Source: Deltaproteobacteria bacterium (GTDB taxonomy: Bacteria; Myxococcota_A; Polyangia; Fen-1088). Taken from it: a DNA stretch of 64,000 nucleotides. A program made the translations under genes and the position numbers. Position 1 is the first letter of the stretch. Every line of letters begins with the position of its first letter. The stretch covers positions 288,001 through 352,000 of the forward strand of contig JANRKS010000002.1 of the NCBI GenBank assembly GCA_033763315.1, given 5' to 3'. Below the pieces are notes generated by a model that had not been told where the DNA came from, made no database searches, and was given only the letters and a program-made list of their open reading frames with translations. Of this stretch, positions 1 through 9,660 are shown piece by piece.

Positions 1-321
1 GCCGTGGAGGCCTTCAACGTAATCGATCTCGGTGCCCATCAAATACATCAGGCTCATCTGGTCGCAGATGATCTTGACGTTGTTGGCCTCAAAGTGGTGA
101 TCGGTGTCTTGCGCTTGATCGAAGTAAAGGTCGTAAGTGAAGCCCGAGCAGCCACCGCCCACAACTTTGACGCGCAGGAAATAGCTCTCCTCGATGCTCT
201 CCTCAGCGCGGATTTCACGAACCTTGTCGGCCGCGCCGGCCGTCAAAGTCACGAAGACGGGTGCTTCGTCGGAAGGCGTTACAGAAGGGCTGGCAACAAC
301 GGATTCGGCTGTGGCGGACAT
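1..321 (-). CDS. HesB/IscA/ErpA-family Fe-S cluster assembly protein (3' end runs off the window)
   Basis: Not in the ORF track; translated by hand from ATG at 321: MSATAES...LRVKVVGGGCSGFTYDLYFD...DQMSLMYLMGTEIDYVEG. GGCSG is the A-type carrier motif. Confidence 0.9.
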   Translation of the reverse strand, partial: MSATAESVVASPSVTPSDEAPVFVTLTAGAADKVREIRAEESIEESYFLRVKVVGGGCSGFTYDLYFDQAQDTDHHFEANNVKIICDQMSLMYLMGTEIDYVEGLHG

Positions 322-586
322 GATTTATCGGCTCCTCAAAGTGTGTGTTTCGTTTGGATGCGGCCGGGGCAAGACCGTCTCGTCAAAAACACCCAAACTA
401 TACTCGATTATATCGGTTTGTCCGCGCCCACCCACGAGGGTGCGGTGCCGGGGCGGTCTAGGTGGCGCGCTGCGGCTAGGGGCGAGCGTTGCGGCTGCCG
501 GAATCCCAAGCGGTGCAACGGCATCCTAGCCGACACGCGGGCCTCGTTGCGACCCGCGGCACCACGCGCTAGGAAGGGCGCCTCCC

Positions 587-1765
587 ATGGCCACGTTTTC
601 GAGCTTACTCAAAGACATCAAAACCCAGATTCGCGAGACAGACGTTCCCTCGGTGAAGGAAGTCGTCTCCGCCAAAGCCAAAGCGCCCGCGGGCGGTCCC
701 GTTCTCATCGACGTGCGCGAGAAGGACGAATATCTGGAAGGATACATCCCGGGCGCCAAGTGGATCCCCCGCGGCTTCCTTGAGTTGCGTGTGGAAGAGC
801 AAGTGCCCGAGAAGAACACGGAAGTGATCCTCTACTGCGCGGGCGGCACCCGATCAGCGCTGGCCGCAAAGTCACTTGAGGCGTTGGGTTACACAAACGT
901 GTCCTCAATGGCGGGCGGCTTCACAGCGTGGAAGCGCGCAGGCCTCGCGTTTGATCGCCCTTACGTGATGACGCAGGATCAAGCGATCCGTTATTCACGC
1001 CACACGATGCTGCCCGAAGTGGGTGAAGCGGGTCAGGTCAAGTTGCTCAAGTCAAAGGTGCTGGCCATCGGCGCTGGGGCGTTAGGCTCGCCCGTTTCGC
1101 TCTACTTGGCCGCCGCCGGCATTGGCACTTTGGGCATTGTCGACGACGACACGGTGGATGCGTCCAACCTGCAGCGACAAATCGTTCACGCCACGGACCG
1201 TTTGGGTACGCCAAAGGTGGAATCAGCGGCCAAGACGATCAAGGGTTTGAACCCAGACGTCAACGTTGTGCAGTTCAAGGCGAGGCTTTCGTCGGAGAAC
1301 GTGCTCGACATTATTAAAGACTTTGATGTCATCGTGGATGGCGTCGACAACTTTCCGACGCGTTATCTGCTCAACGACGCGGCTTTGAAGCTGAACAAGC
1401 CCGTCATTCACGCGAGCATCTACCGCTTCGAGGGCCAGGTGACGTCATTCATTCCCGGGGTCGGCCCTTGCTATCGTTGCCTCTATCCTGAACCCCCGCC
1501 CGCCGACATGGCGCCGTCATGCCAGGAGGCGGGCGTGCTCGGCGTTCTTCCTGGCGTCGTGGGTGTGCTGCAGGCCACCGAGGCCATCAAGATCATCTTG
1601 GGCCTCGGCAAGAACCTGGCGGGCCGCTTGATCATGTACGACGCGCTGAACACCAAGTTCCGTGAAATGAAGCTCCGCCGCGATCCTTCTTGCCCGACGT
1701 GCGGCGAAGGCGTTGATCGGTCGAAGATCGAGCTCATCGATTACGAACAATTCTGCGCTGTGTAA
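587..1765 (+). CDS. moeB: Rhodanese + ThiF/MoeB adenylyltransferase (MoeB/MoeZ-like)
   Basis: N-terminal rhodanese (IDVRE...YCAGGTRS), RYSRH, GAGALG, SNLQRQ, GPCYRC and CPTC zinc ligands. Confidence 0.92.
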   Translation: MATFSSLLKDIKTQIRETDVPSVKEVVSAKAKAPAGGPVLIDVREKDEYLEGYIPGAKWIPRGFLELRVEEQVPEKNTEVILYCAGGTRSALAAKSLEALGYTNVSSMAGGFTAWKRAGLAFDRPYVMTQDQAIRYSRHTMLPEVGEAGQVKLLKSKVLAIGAGALGSPVSLYLAAAGIGTLGIVDDDTVDASNLQRQIVHATDRLGTPKVESAAKTIKGLNPDVNVVQFKARLSSENVLDIIKDFDVIVDGVDNFPTRYLLNDAALKLNKPVIHASIYRFEGQVTSFIPGVGPCYRCLYPEPPPADMAPSCQEAGVLGVLPGVVGVLQATEAIKIILGLGKNLAGRLIMYDALNTKFREMKLRRDPSCPTCGEGVDRSKIELIDYEQFCAV

Positions 1766-1888
1766 AAGCCCTTTAACGTTTGGTTTGTGAGGCCGATGGC
1801 CGGCGAGGTTGTGTCTCCCACGAGGGGGCTCAGCCTCGTTGCATTTGTGGCCGCGGCTAATCGATTTTGTGATATTTACACCCACCCC

Positions 1889-3037
1889 ATGCCCAAGATA
1901 TTTGTTCCGAAAGAAACGCAGGCGGGCGAAACGCGCGTGGCCGCCACACCTGAAACCGTAAAGGCTTTCATCAAAGCCGGGCTTGAAGTCGTTGTGCAAG
2001 CGGATGCCGGGCGCGCCTCGCACATGCTGGATCGCTCTTACGTTGAAGCGGGTGCGCGCATCGTCGATGCGCCCTCTGCGGAGTGGGCACAAGCGGACAT
2101 GATCTTGAAGGTCAACGGTCCCACGCCCGAAGAGGCAGCGTCGATGAAGTCCGGGGCGATCTTGGTTTCGTTTATCTCGCCTCACAAAAACCTGCCACTG
2201 GTCAAAACTTTGGTGGCCGGCAAGGTCACCACACTGGCGATGGAACTCGTGCCGCGTATCACCCGCGCGCAGAAGATGGACGCTTTGTCATCGCAGGCAA
2301 GCATTGCGGGCTATAAGGCTGTGCTCATCGGCGCGAGCCGTTTGGGTAAATACTTTCCGTTGCTGATGACCGCAGCGGGCACGGTGCAACCGGCGAAGGT
2401 CGTGATCATGGGTGCGGGTGTGGCTGGCTTGCAAGCCATCGGCACGGCCAAGCGTTTGGGGGCGGTGGTGTGGGTCTCTGACGTGCGCCCCGCGGCCAAA
2501 GAGCAAGTGGAGTCGTTGGGCGGCAAATTCATCGACCTTCCCATGGAAGAAAGCGGTGAAGGCCAAGGCGGTTACGCCAAAGAGATGAGCAAGGAATTTT
2601 TGGCCAAGCAGCAAGCGATCATCGCTGAGCATGTGGCCAGCGCCGACGTGGTGATCACCACAGCTCAAATACCGGGCAAGCCCGCGCCCCGGTTGGTCAC
2701 AGCCGCCACGGTACAAAGAATGCGCCCGGGATCCGTCATCGTTGATCTCGCGGCCGAACAAGGCGGCAACTGCGAACTGACGGAAGCCGGCCAAGACGTG
2801 ATCAAGCACGATGTGTTGATCATCGGCACCACCAATTTGCCAGCCACCATGCCGCTTGATGCGAGCATGCTTTACGCGCGCAACGTGCAGGCCTTGGTGT
2901 TGCACTTGTTGAAGAAGGACGAAGCAAGCGTCTCGTTCAACATCGACAAGGAAGAAGAAGTCACGCGCGGCACGCTTTTGACTTACGCAGGTGAAGTGAT
3001 TCACGGCCCCACAAATCAAGCCCTTGCCAGCGCGTAA
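1889..3037 (+). CDS. pntA: NAD(P) transhydrogenase alpha subunit, soluble domain I
   Basis: PKET..GETRVAATP, RAQKMDALSSQ, GAGVAGL, GGYAKEMS, DLAAEQGGNC. Start placed at MPKIFVP. Confidence 0.93.
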   Translation: MPKIFVPKETQAGETRVAATPETVKAFIKAGLEVVVQADAGRASHMLDRSYVEAGARIVDAPSAEWAQADMILKVNGPTPEEAASMKSGAILVSFISPHKNLPLVKTLVAGKVTTLAMELVPRITRAQKMDALSSQASIAGYKAVLIGASRLGKYFPLLMTAAGTVQPAKVVIMGAGVAGLQAIGTAKRLGAVVWVSDVRPAAKEQVESLGGKFIDLPMEESGEGQGGYAKEMSKEFLAKQQAIIAEHVASADVVITTAQIPGKPAPRLVTAATVQRMRPGSVIVDLAAEQGGNCELTEAGQDVIKHDVLIIGTTNLPATMPLDASMLYARNVQALVLHLLKKDEASVSFNIDKEEEVTRGTLLTYAGEVIHGPTNQALASA

Positions 3038-3040
3038 TCG

Positions 3041-6000
3041 TTAATGAGTGGATGCGCTGGCGGCGAGCCCCGCGAACAGATCCGCAAGCTCGCCGTTGCT
3101 TAGCCCTTCGAGCAACCCAGCGGGCATCATTGACGTGTCGGCAGGCGCGCGGCTGGCGATGTCATTGGTCGACAACCGCACCAAGGCTTCCGGGCCCGTG
3201 CGCAAGATGAGGCGATCGGGGCCTTCGTATACAACCAATCCTGTGAGGGTTGATTGATCGTTCAAGGAGACTTGCAGCGCGCTGTAGGCGGGGGCCACAT
3301 CCGCGGAAGGAAACGCGATGGCGGTCAACAAATCCTCGCGCGACATGCGCGTGGTTACGCCTGAAAGCGACGGTCCCAGCGGATGGTCGCCGCCGTGGCA
3401 CGACAGGCAAGCGCGGGTCGCCAGCAGGACTTTGCCCTTCGCTGCGTCGCCGGCTTGCCAATTCACGACGCGCAGCCGATTCGCCCAGGCCGCGGGGTCG
3501 CCGCCTGCGTCTTGCACGGCGGACGCGAAGTCGGCGTCGTGTGCCGCCATCCAGGCAAACACGGGCCGGTAGGCTTCTTGAAGCGCTTGGCGTGTTTGTG
3601 CGCCATTCGCAACCGCGAAGCGTTGGCCGGTGTTCGCGGAAAGCAACGCCAGGGCCTGGTTTCGCAACGCTGGCGCCGCCGCGGCGTCAACAAGCTTGCG
3701 CAGATAGAGCGCCACCGCGCGGGATGTCTCTGGCCGCTTGTCTGGCGGCAAGGCGGCCAGCGCCGTCACACAAGCGTCGCGCACGGGTGCGGCGAAGGAA
3801 GCCAAGCCTTGCACGAACCGCGCTCGATCTTGAACGCTGGGGTGCGCCGCCAACACAAGCACGGCCGCGTCCCGCAGGTCTGGTGTGTCTGCCAGAGCGC
3901 GCACCCGCCCTTGATGTTCTTTCTGCGGCAGTTGAGCCACAAACTGCACGATGTCTTCCGACCACGGAAAAGGTCCCGTCGGCGCCATCTTCGGCAACAG
4001 CTTGCGTGCCGCGAGCGTGCGTTGTGGCGCAGGTAAGTTTTGGAACAAAGGGACCGCGGCCGGTGTGAAAGCCGCCTCCGTCTGAACGAACGTTTGCGCA
4101 AGCAAGGGATCCGAGGCAATCGACGCCGTTAGCGCCTCGCCCACACGGGCGGGCCAGTTTTGCGACAAGCGTTGCGCTTGCGGTCCCAACTTCTGCGATA
4201 GGCCAAGGTACGCACCCGCGATTGGTGCGCGCACCGATGCCGGGAGCGGCCCGTTGAGGTTGGCGATTACGAAGAGATAGTGCGCGTCGTCGGTCGCGGT
4301 GGAAGCCTCGCTGATTTGCGCGGCAAACAAAGGTGCCAGCTCGCGCGCCGGCCCGCGGGCCATGGCGGCCACGCGCGCAAGCTCGCGTTGAAACGCAGGC
4401 GAACCGGTCGTGAAGCGTTTGGCGACCAGCTGTGTGAGGCGTGCACGTTGTGTGGCCGAAACCTCACGTCGCGCGACGTACGCGCTTGCAAACTCGCTCG
4501 CCGGGGCCTCTAGCTTCCATTCGCCCATCGCAAACATCAGCAGCCGTATCGCGATGTCGTCACGCAAAGGCTCGCCCGGCATCGCCAACGCGGTGGCCGC
4601 AAGGTCGAACACGCGCTGCGCGGCGGCTTCATCATCGGCCAAGCCTCGCTCTCGGCCCGTAGGGGTGCGCCATACGGCGGCGATTTCCAACGCCAACGTT
4701 TCGGACGTGGGCGCGCTGCGATTTACAGAGGCGGCCAGCTGTTGCCACTGCGCTTGCGGCAGAAGCGACGCCAACCGCCACGCGGCCTGCCGTGCGCGCA
4801 CGTTCGAATCGATGAAGCGCGTCTTCAACGTCTGCAGGGCGCTCGCAGGCGCCTCTTGACGGCGCGCCATGGCTTCAAGCGCGGCGACACGCACGCGCGG
4901 GTCCGGGTCATCCAGCCAACGTGTCCAAATGGCGGGCGCCACCGTGCTGTGGTTCGTGCCCATGAGCCACGCCACACGCGCCCGCACTTGTGGCTCAACA
5001 TCGGTGGCCAACCGATCAACCGTGGTGGTTGGCAAGCCAGCAAACACACTTGCAGCCACTTCGATGGCGCGCACCCGGTCTGTGACCGATCGCGCGCGAT
5101 CAAGTGCAGCCCCCGCAAACGCGTCGACGCCCAGCCTTTGCGCAGCTGCATTCCAAATGGCGCGCGACCACGCACTTTGCGGTTGCGGCGCTTGCAGCAC
5201 ACCCGTCAGGTCGTCCCGGGCGTTTTGCGGCGTGGGCGCAGCGCCTGTCCAGGCGATGCGATACACACCACCGCGCGTTCCTCGGCCTCCGATGCTGACG
5301 AACAGCGATCCATCGGGCGCCACGTCCGCATCGGTGGGCGCGAAGCCATCGGTGCCCAGCGCTTCGACGATCGTTTCCAACGCGCCGGCTTTGTATGTTC
5401 CCTCTGCCGCTTGCAGCGGCAAGAAAGACAGGCGCCCAAACGTCCAATCCGCAAGGAACACGCCTTGCGTAAACCGCGCAGGAAAGGCGTTGTGCCGGTA
5501 CACAACAACGGCCGTCGGCGATCCCAAACCAAGACGAGCGACCAGTGGTGGCACGTCCGCGAACACGTCCAACCGTGCAAACGTGCGTTGCCATCCAGGC
5601 AGCAGCCACCCATGGTGGCCGGCGTAAGCGACATGATGCAACCGCGTGGGCGTGTACCAGGGCAGGCTGTAGTCGCGCTCGCCGTCCGAATCATAGACCA
5701 AGCTGTCGCCGCCCGCCGTGAAGTCAAAACGGTAAGGGTTGCGAAAACCATCAGCCACGATCCTCGGATGGCTGCCATCTTCGCCAAGCGCAACCAAAGC
5801 TCCACCGATCGCGTGACGGATCGGCGATGTGGCGTCGAAGCTGTTTAACTCGGCAACCTTCGACGAGTTAGATGCCAGGAAATAGAGTTGGCCATCTGGA
5901 CCCACCCGCGCCACGTGGCCGCCATGTTCGCCGAACTGGGCCTTCATGAGTTGTTGCGGCGCTTGCTGCAGCGGCGTGCCGGCCCCGGCAATCTTCCATA

Positions 6001-6400
6001 GGGCACCGTCGTGAAAGCTGTAAAGATCATCGCCGTCAAAGGTCAGGCCCATCGAGCCTGATTTGGTGGCCACGATGGATTGCACGCTATCCGCGCGGCC
6101 ATCGTGGTTAAGGTCGCGCAGGCGTTTGATGTAGCCAGCGCCACTGACCACCGCGTCGCCGTGGGCGTCGAACGTTAACGAGAAGATATCGTCAGCTTGT
6201 GTCGCGTCGGCGAACAGCGTGACAGCGAAACCTGGTGCCACTTTCAACCCTGGCGCCGGCGCCGGCCCCTCGGCTGGGCCTGCTTGCGCTGGTGTCACTT
6301 CTGTTTTGGCAGGCCTTTGCGCTGGCTCAACGCGTGCGCACGCTGCGAGCCATAGGCATGACAGCAAAGCACCACGCTGGAGAAAATGAATCGTTTTCAT
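3041..6400 (-). CDS. PVC-type membrane-bound dehydrogenase-like lipoprotein: beta-propeller + HEAT repeats + C-terminal cytochrome c
   Basis: Lipobox LAAC, EHGGH, GFRNPY, GLGSPT, HEAT-like 'DPDPRVRVAA' repeats, CLSCH...GPSLS...SMMP. Confidence 0.8.
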   Translation of the reverse strand: MKTIHFLQRGALLSCLWLAACARVEPAQRPAKTEVTPAQAGPAEGPAPAPGLKVAPGFAVTLFADATQADDIFSLTFDAHGDAVVSGAGYIKRLRDLNHDGRADSVQSIVATKSGSMGLTFDGDDLYSFHDGALWKIAGAGTPLQQAPQQLMKAQFGEHGGHVARVGPDGQLYFLASNSSKVAELNSFDATSPIRHAIGGALVALGEDGSHPRIVADGFRNPYRFDFTAGGDSLVYDSDGERDYSLPWYTPTRLHHVAYAGHHGWLLPGWQRTFARLDVFADVPPLVARLGLGSPTAVVVYRHNAFPARFTQGVFLADWTFGRLSFLPLQAAEGTYKAGALETIVEALGTDGFAPTDADVAPDGSLFVSIGGRGTRGGVYRIAWTGAAPTPQNARDDLTGVLQAPQPQSAWSRAIWNAAAQRLGVDAFAGAALDRARSVTDRVRAIEVAASVFAGLPTTTVDRLATDVEPQVRARVAWLMGTNHSTVAPAIWTRWLDDPDPRVRVAALEAMARRQEAPASALQTLKTRFIDSNVRARQAAWRLASLLPQAQWQQLAASVNRSAPTSETLALEIAAVWRTPTGRERGLADDEAAAQRVFDLAATALAMPGEPLRDDIAIRLLMFAMGEWKLEAPASEFASAYVARREVSATQRARLTQLVAKRFTTGSPAFQRELARVAAMARGPARELAPLFAAQISEASTATDDAHYLFVIANLNGPLPASVRAPIAGAYLGLSQKLGPQAQRLSQNWPARVGEALTASIASDPLLAQTFVQTEAAFTPAAVPLFQNLPAPQRTLAARKLLPKMAPTGPFPWSEDIVQFVAQLPQKEHQGRVRALADTPDLRDAAVLVLAAHPSVQDRARFVQGLASFAAPVRDACVTALAALPPDKRPETSRAVALYLRKLVDAAAAPALRNQALALLSANTGQRFAVANGAQTRQALQEAYRPVFAWMAAHDADFASAVQDAGGDPAAWANRLRVVNWQAGDAAKGKVLLATRACLSCHGGDHPLGPSLSGVTTRMSREDLLTAIAFPSADVAPAYSALQVSLNDQSTLTGLVVYEGPDRLILRTGPEALVRLSTNDIASRAPADTSMMPAGLLEGLSNGELADLFAGLAASASTH

Positions 6401-6404
6401 GCGT

Positions 6405-6418
6405 TGCAAACGGTTACA
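6405..6418. promoter_or_regulatory. Candidate LacI-family operator
   Basis: Imperfect palindrome TGCAAACGGTTACA with central CG, just upstream of the ATG at 6400. Confidence 0.4.
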
Positions 6419-6490
6419 TTTACGCCGTCAACGACACAAAATCACTTGCAAACGCACGTGCGCTTGGTCACCGCCGGCCCTACCTCAACG

Positions 6491-8095
6491 TTAGAGGGGG
6501 CGGGTGGATTCCTGGCGCCAATCACTCGAGCGCATGCCGATGACGTTGTAAACGTTCAGCTCTTTTTCTTTGCCTTTGACCTTGAGTGGGGGCAACCGTA
6601 CGGCGGCCACGCGGTCCATGACTTTGGCGTAGGTAAATTCCGAAACCAGCAGCTGGCCCGCCTTGGCGTTCGAGCACAAACGCGCGGCCGTATTTACGGC
6701 GTCGCCGATGGCCGTGTATTGCAGGGCGCGTGAGCTGCCGATGGCCCCCGTAACCACTTCGCCCGTGTTGATGCCGATGCCGATTTGAATCTCAGGCAGC
6801 CCTTCGGCCACGCGGATGCGGTTCCAGTCTTTGAGGACTTTAAGCATCTCAAGCGCACATTCAATCGCGCACAATTCGGCCGTGGGAATGCCCACAGGGG
6901 CCCCGAACAAAGCGATGACTTCATCGCCCACGAATTTATCCAAGGTGCCCTGGTGCGCGAAGATCACATCCACCATGATCTCGAAGTACTCGTTGAGCAT
7001 GCGCACGATCTCTTCAGGAGACGTGGTTTCGCTCATGCTCGTAAAGCCGCGGATGTCGGAGAACAGCAGCGTCACTTCGCTGCGTTGGCCGCCCTTTTCA
7101 AGCTGCAGTTTGCCCTGCACCACCTGTTCAACCAGATTGGGCGAAAGCAATCGCTGAAACTGTGCGCGGGTGCTGGCTTCTTGCTCAATCTTCTTCGCCA
7201 ACAGCGTGTTCGAGATCGCGACGGCCGCTTGGCTCGCGATGCTGCTGAAGATCTGCAGATCCTTTTCGCCGAACGCGTTTGCGGTTATCAGCGAATCGAG
7301 GTGCATGATGCCGAGCAGTTCGCCTTTGTGCAAAAGCGGCACGGTCATGGTGGAGCGGATGCCCTGAATGATGATGGAATGCGCGCCGGAAAAGCGGCTG
7401 TCCATGGAGGCATCTGAGGAAAGCACGGCGATCTTATTGGTGGTCACCTCGTTCAGGATCGAAGACGACAGCGCGATTTGTTCGGCGCGGCCATCACGTG
7501 TGCGCGCCGTGCGTGGCGTGGGCACGCCATTTTCCAGCAACAAGATCACGCCGCGATCGGCCGGCAGCAAATCAAAGGCCTTGGAGATGATCTTATCCAA
7601 CAGCACGTCGAGGTTCACTTCGAGGCCAATGGAACGCCCCACTTCATGAGCCATGCGCAATTTCTCGTAATCGCGCCGCAGAGCATCGATGTCGCTGATG
7701 CGTGCCTCCGGGAGGAACTCTTGATCCTCGCGCTGCGTTTTGATCGTTTGCCTGATCAAAGTTTCTGAAGAGTGCTCGATGGTGACTTGCTGCGCGGGGG
7801 GCGGCAGTGCGGCCTGTGCCCGGTAAACCAGCCTCACGGCGCCCATCACGATCTCGTCGCCTTCGACGAAGATGCGCTCGGTCACACGCTCGTCTTTGTA
7901 AAACGAGCCATTCAAGCTGCCTAAATCCCGAAACAGGTACCGGCCGTCAGGTTGGCGTATGACCTGGGCGTGTTCCTTCGACACGATCCGATCCAACAAT
8001 TGGATCGTGTTGTCGGGGTGGCGTCCGATCGTGGTGAACGGACCCAAATCGAAGTCTTTCTCTTCGTTGTTTGTTATGACAATGAGCTTGGGCAT
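6491..8095 (-). CDS. FHA-GAF-class III adenylate cyclase
   Basis: FHA (IGR...SKEHA...DLGSLNG), GAF, cyclase motifs FSDIRGFT, DKFVGD, GDAVNTAARL. Confidence 0.9.
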   Translation of the reverse strand: MPKLIVITNNEEKDFDLGPFTTIGRHPDNTIQLLDRIVSKEHAQVIRQPDGRYLFRDLGSLNGSFYKDERVTERIFVEGDEIVMGAVRLVYRAQAALPPPAQQVTIEHSSETLIRQTIKTQREDQEFLPEARISDIDALRRDYEKLRMAHEVGRSIGLEVNLDVLLDKIISKAFDLLPADRGVILLLENGVPTPRTARTRDGRAEQIALSSSILNEVTTNKIAVLSSDASMDSRFSGAHSIIIQGIRSTMTVPLLHKGELLGIMHLDSLITANAFGEKDLQIFSSIASQAAVAISNTLLAKKIEQEASTRAQFQRLLSPNLVEQVVQGKLQLEKGGQRSEVTLLFSDIRGFTSMSETTSPEEIVRMLNEYFEIMVDVIFAHQGTLDKFVGDEVIALFGAPVGIPTAELCAIECALEMLKVLKDWNRIRVAEGLPEIQIGIGINTGEVVTGAIGSSRALQYTAIGDAVNTAARLCSNAKAGQLLVSEFTYAKVMDRVAAVRLPPLKVKGKEKELNVYNVIGMRSSDWRQESTRPL

Positions 8096-8146
8096 CAGCC
8101 GTTTCGGCGCCAGTCTATCACGGGCTTTGCAGACGAAGGGGGACCT

Positions 8147-8578
8147 TCACCAGTCAACGCGTTTGGCGTCGGTCTCCACGTGAATGCTGTGGCGGGTGGG
8201 GTACCGCTTGTCTAGCCCCACCAGTTCAAACTGTGAGCTGTACGAGACGTCAAGGCTCACGATCTGCGGGGTCAGTTCCACCTTAACTTCGGCGTTCGGG
8301 TCGGTGACTCCCACGCGCGTCAGCGCCGTGCGGAAACTGGTTTCAAGCGCTTCCAGATCCCGGGCGCGTCGTTTGTCGTGCCGCAGGTTTAGCCGGTAAA
8401 ACTGAACCAGAAACTCCTGCATTTCACTTTTGGCATTCGATTTGAGACGGACGATCGGCCAATAGCAATACCCGGCATAACCGATGGCGCCCATCAGGGC
8501 GAACACCATGATGGACACTGGGTTAATGACGCTGGGTTTCTTGTATTTAATCTGCGCGCGAGGTTGCGGGCGCTGCAT
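8147..8578 (-). CDS. Small single-TM hypothetical protein
   Basis: N-terminal hydrophobic helix; co-oriented between the flippase-like gene and the cyclase. Confidence 0.65.
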   Translation of the reverse strand: MQRPQPRAQIKYKKPSVINPVSIMVFALMGAIGYAGYCYWPIVRLKSNAKSEMQEFLVQFYRLNLRHDKRRARDLEALETSFRTALTRVGVTDPNAEVKVELTPQIVSLDVSYSSQFELVGLDKRYPTRHSIHVETDAKRVDW

Positions 8579-8582
8579 CGGT

Positions 8583-9530
8583 TTATCCTTCGGTCGTGGG
8601 GCTGGGCTTGGTCAGCACGGTGGCCAGCTGGCTACGCAGGCACACGAGCCCGATCACCATCTGCACCACAATGGCGAGCGTCCAACCCGTGATGCTTGCG
8701 GCAAACACGGCGGCCTCACCTTGCGTGCGGGTGCCGGGGGCATAGGGCAAAAATACAGCGATCATGATCGCCTGAACGGCGCCCAAGCCCTGGCCGGGAA
8801 GCGGAATGGCTGCCACGAGGAAGGAGATCGGCAGAAACAGAAGCGCCTGAAGGGGCGGCACCTTCACGCCGAAGGCATAGAGGTATAGGTAAGCGAACAC
8901 GACCAGCGACATGATGTGCGGCAGGCGCGCCGCCAACGCCTTGGCGTGGCCGGCCACCCCGGCCTCGAACAGCACGCTGAACAATTCGCGGCGGGCGATA
9001 AACGCCGGCTTGACCATTAGGAGCGCGATGTACACCGCCAGCCCGCCGTACCCGGCCCACGCCAGCACCCGCGCGGTGGCCAATGTGCCAGCGGCGCCGT
9101 CGGGTATATCTCGGCTCAGGGCCAAACCAGCGGTGGCCAAGAGCAGCAGCAGCAAGACGTTCGTGCCCATGATGAGCAGCACCGTGGCTGCCGACCTCAG
9201 CAGCGAAACGGCCTTGGTTTTGTGGAGAAAGTACGCAAACGCCCCTTGCCCCACGGCGTAGTTGACCATCGCCAGAATGTATGAGGCCCCCTTGACCGTC
9301 AGGGCCTCGCGGTAGGTGAGCGGCGCTGCAAACCAGGAAAAGGTTTTCCAGGCCGCGAACGTATCGGCCGCATAGACCACGAACACCATGCCGATGATCA
9401 CCGGCACGGTCCAGGGCGCCGCTTGTGACAAAGCTCGCCCCACTTCGGCGAGCGGGATCCTCACGAGCAAGTACACCAAGATGGCCACGGCGAAGGCCCA
9501 CGCCCCCAGGCGAACGGCGCGATTTTTCAT
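8583..9530 (-). CDS. Lysylphosphatidylglycerol-synthase TM/flippase-like membrane protein
   Basis: About 8 hydrophobic helices and an 'IPLPGQGLG' loop. Start placed at MKNRAVR. Confidence 0.75.
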   Translation of the reverse strand: MKNRAVRLGAWAFAVAILVYLLVRIPLAEVGRALSQAAPWTVPVIIGMVFVVYAADTFAAWKTFSWFAAPLTYREALTVKGASYILAMVNYAVGQGAFAYFLHKTKAVSLLRSAATVLLIMGTNVLLLLLLATAGLALSRDIPDGAAGTLATARVLAWAGYGGLAVYIALLMVKPAFIARRELFSVLFEAGVAGHAKALAARLPHIMSLVVFAYLYLYAFGVKVPPLQALLFLPISFLVAAIPLPGQGLGAVQAIMIAVFLPYAPGTRTQGEAAVFAASITGWTLAIVVQMVIGLVCLRSQLATVLTKPSPTTEG

Positions 9531-9660
9531 GCGCGGCCATACTCGCCGACCTTGCCGCAAACACCAAAACCCAAACGCGCCCCTGCGAAACAAAGCCCCC
9601 CGACGCCCGCTGAGAAAGTGCTGGGCGGGCGTGGGGCGGTTGAGGTACGCTGGCCTCGAA

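Noticed and set aside
4-783. 259-aa plus-strand ORF
   Set aside because: It is the antisense shadow of the iscA-like gene and overlaps moeB out of frame.
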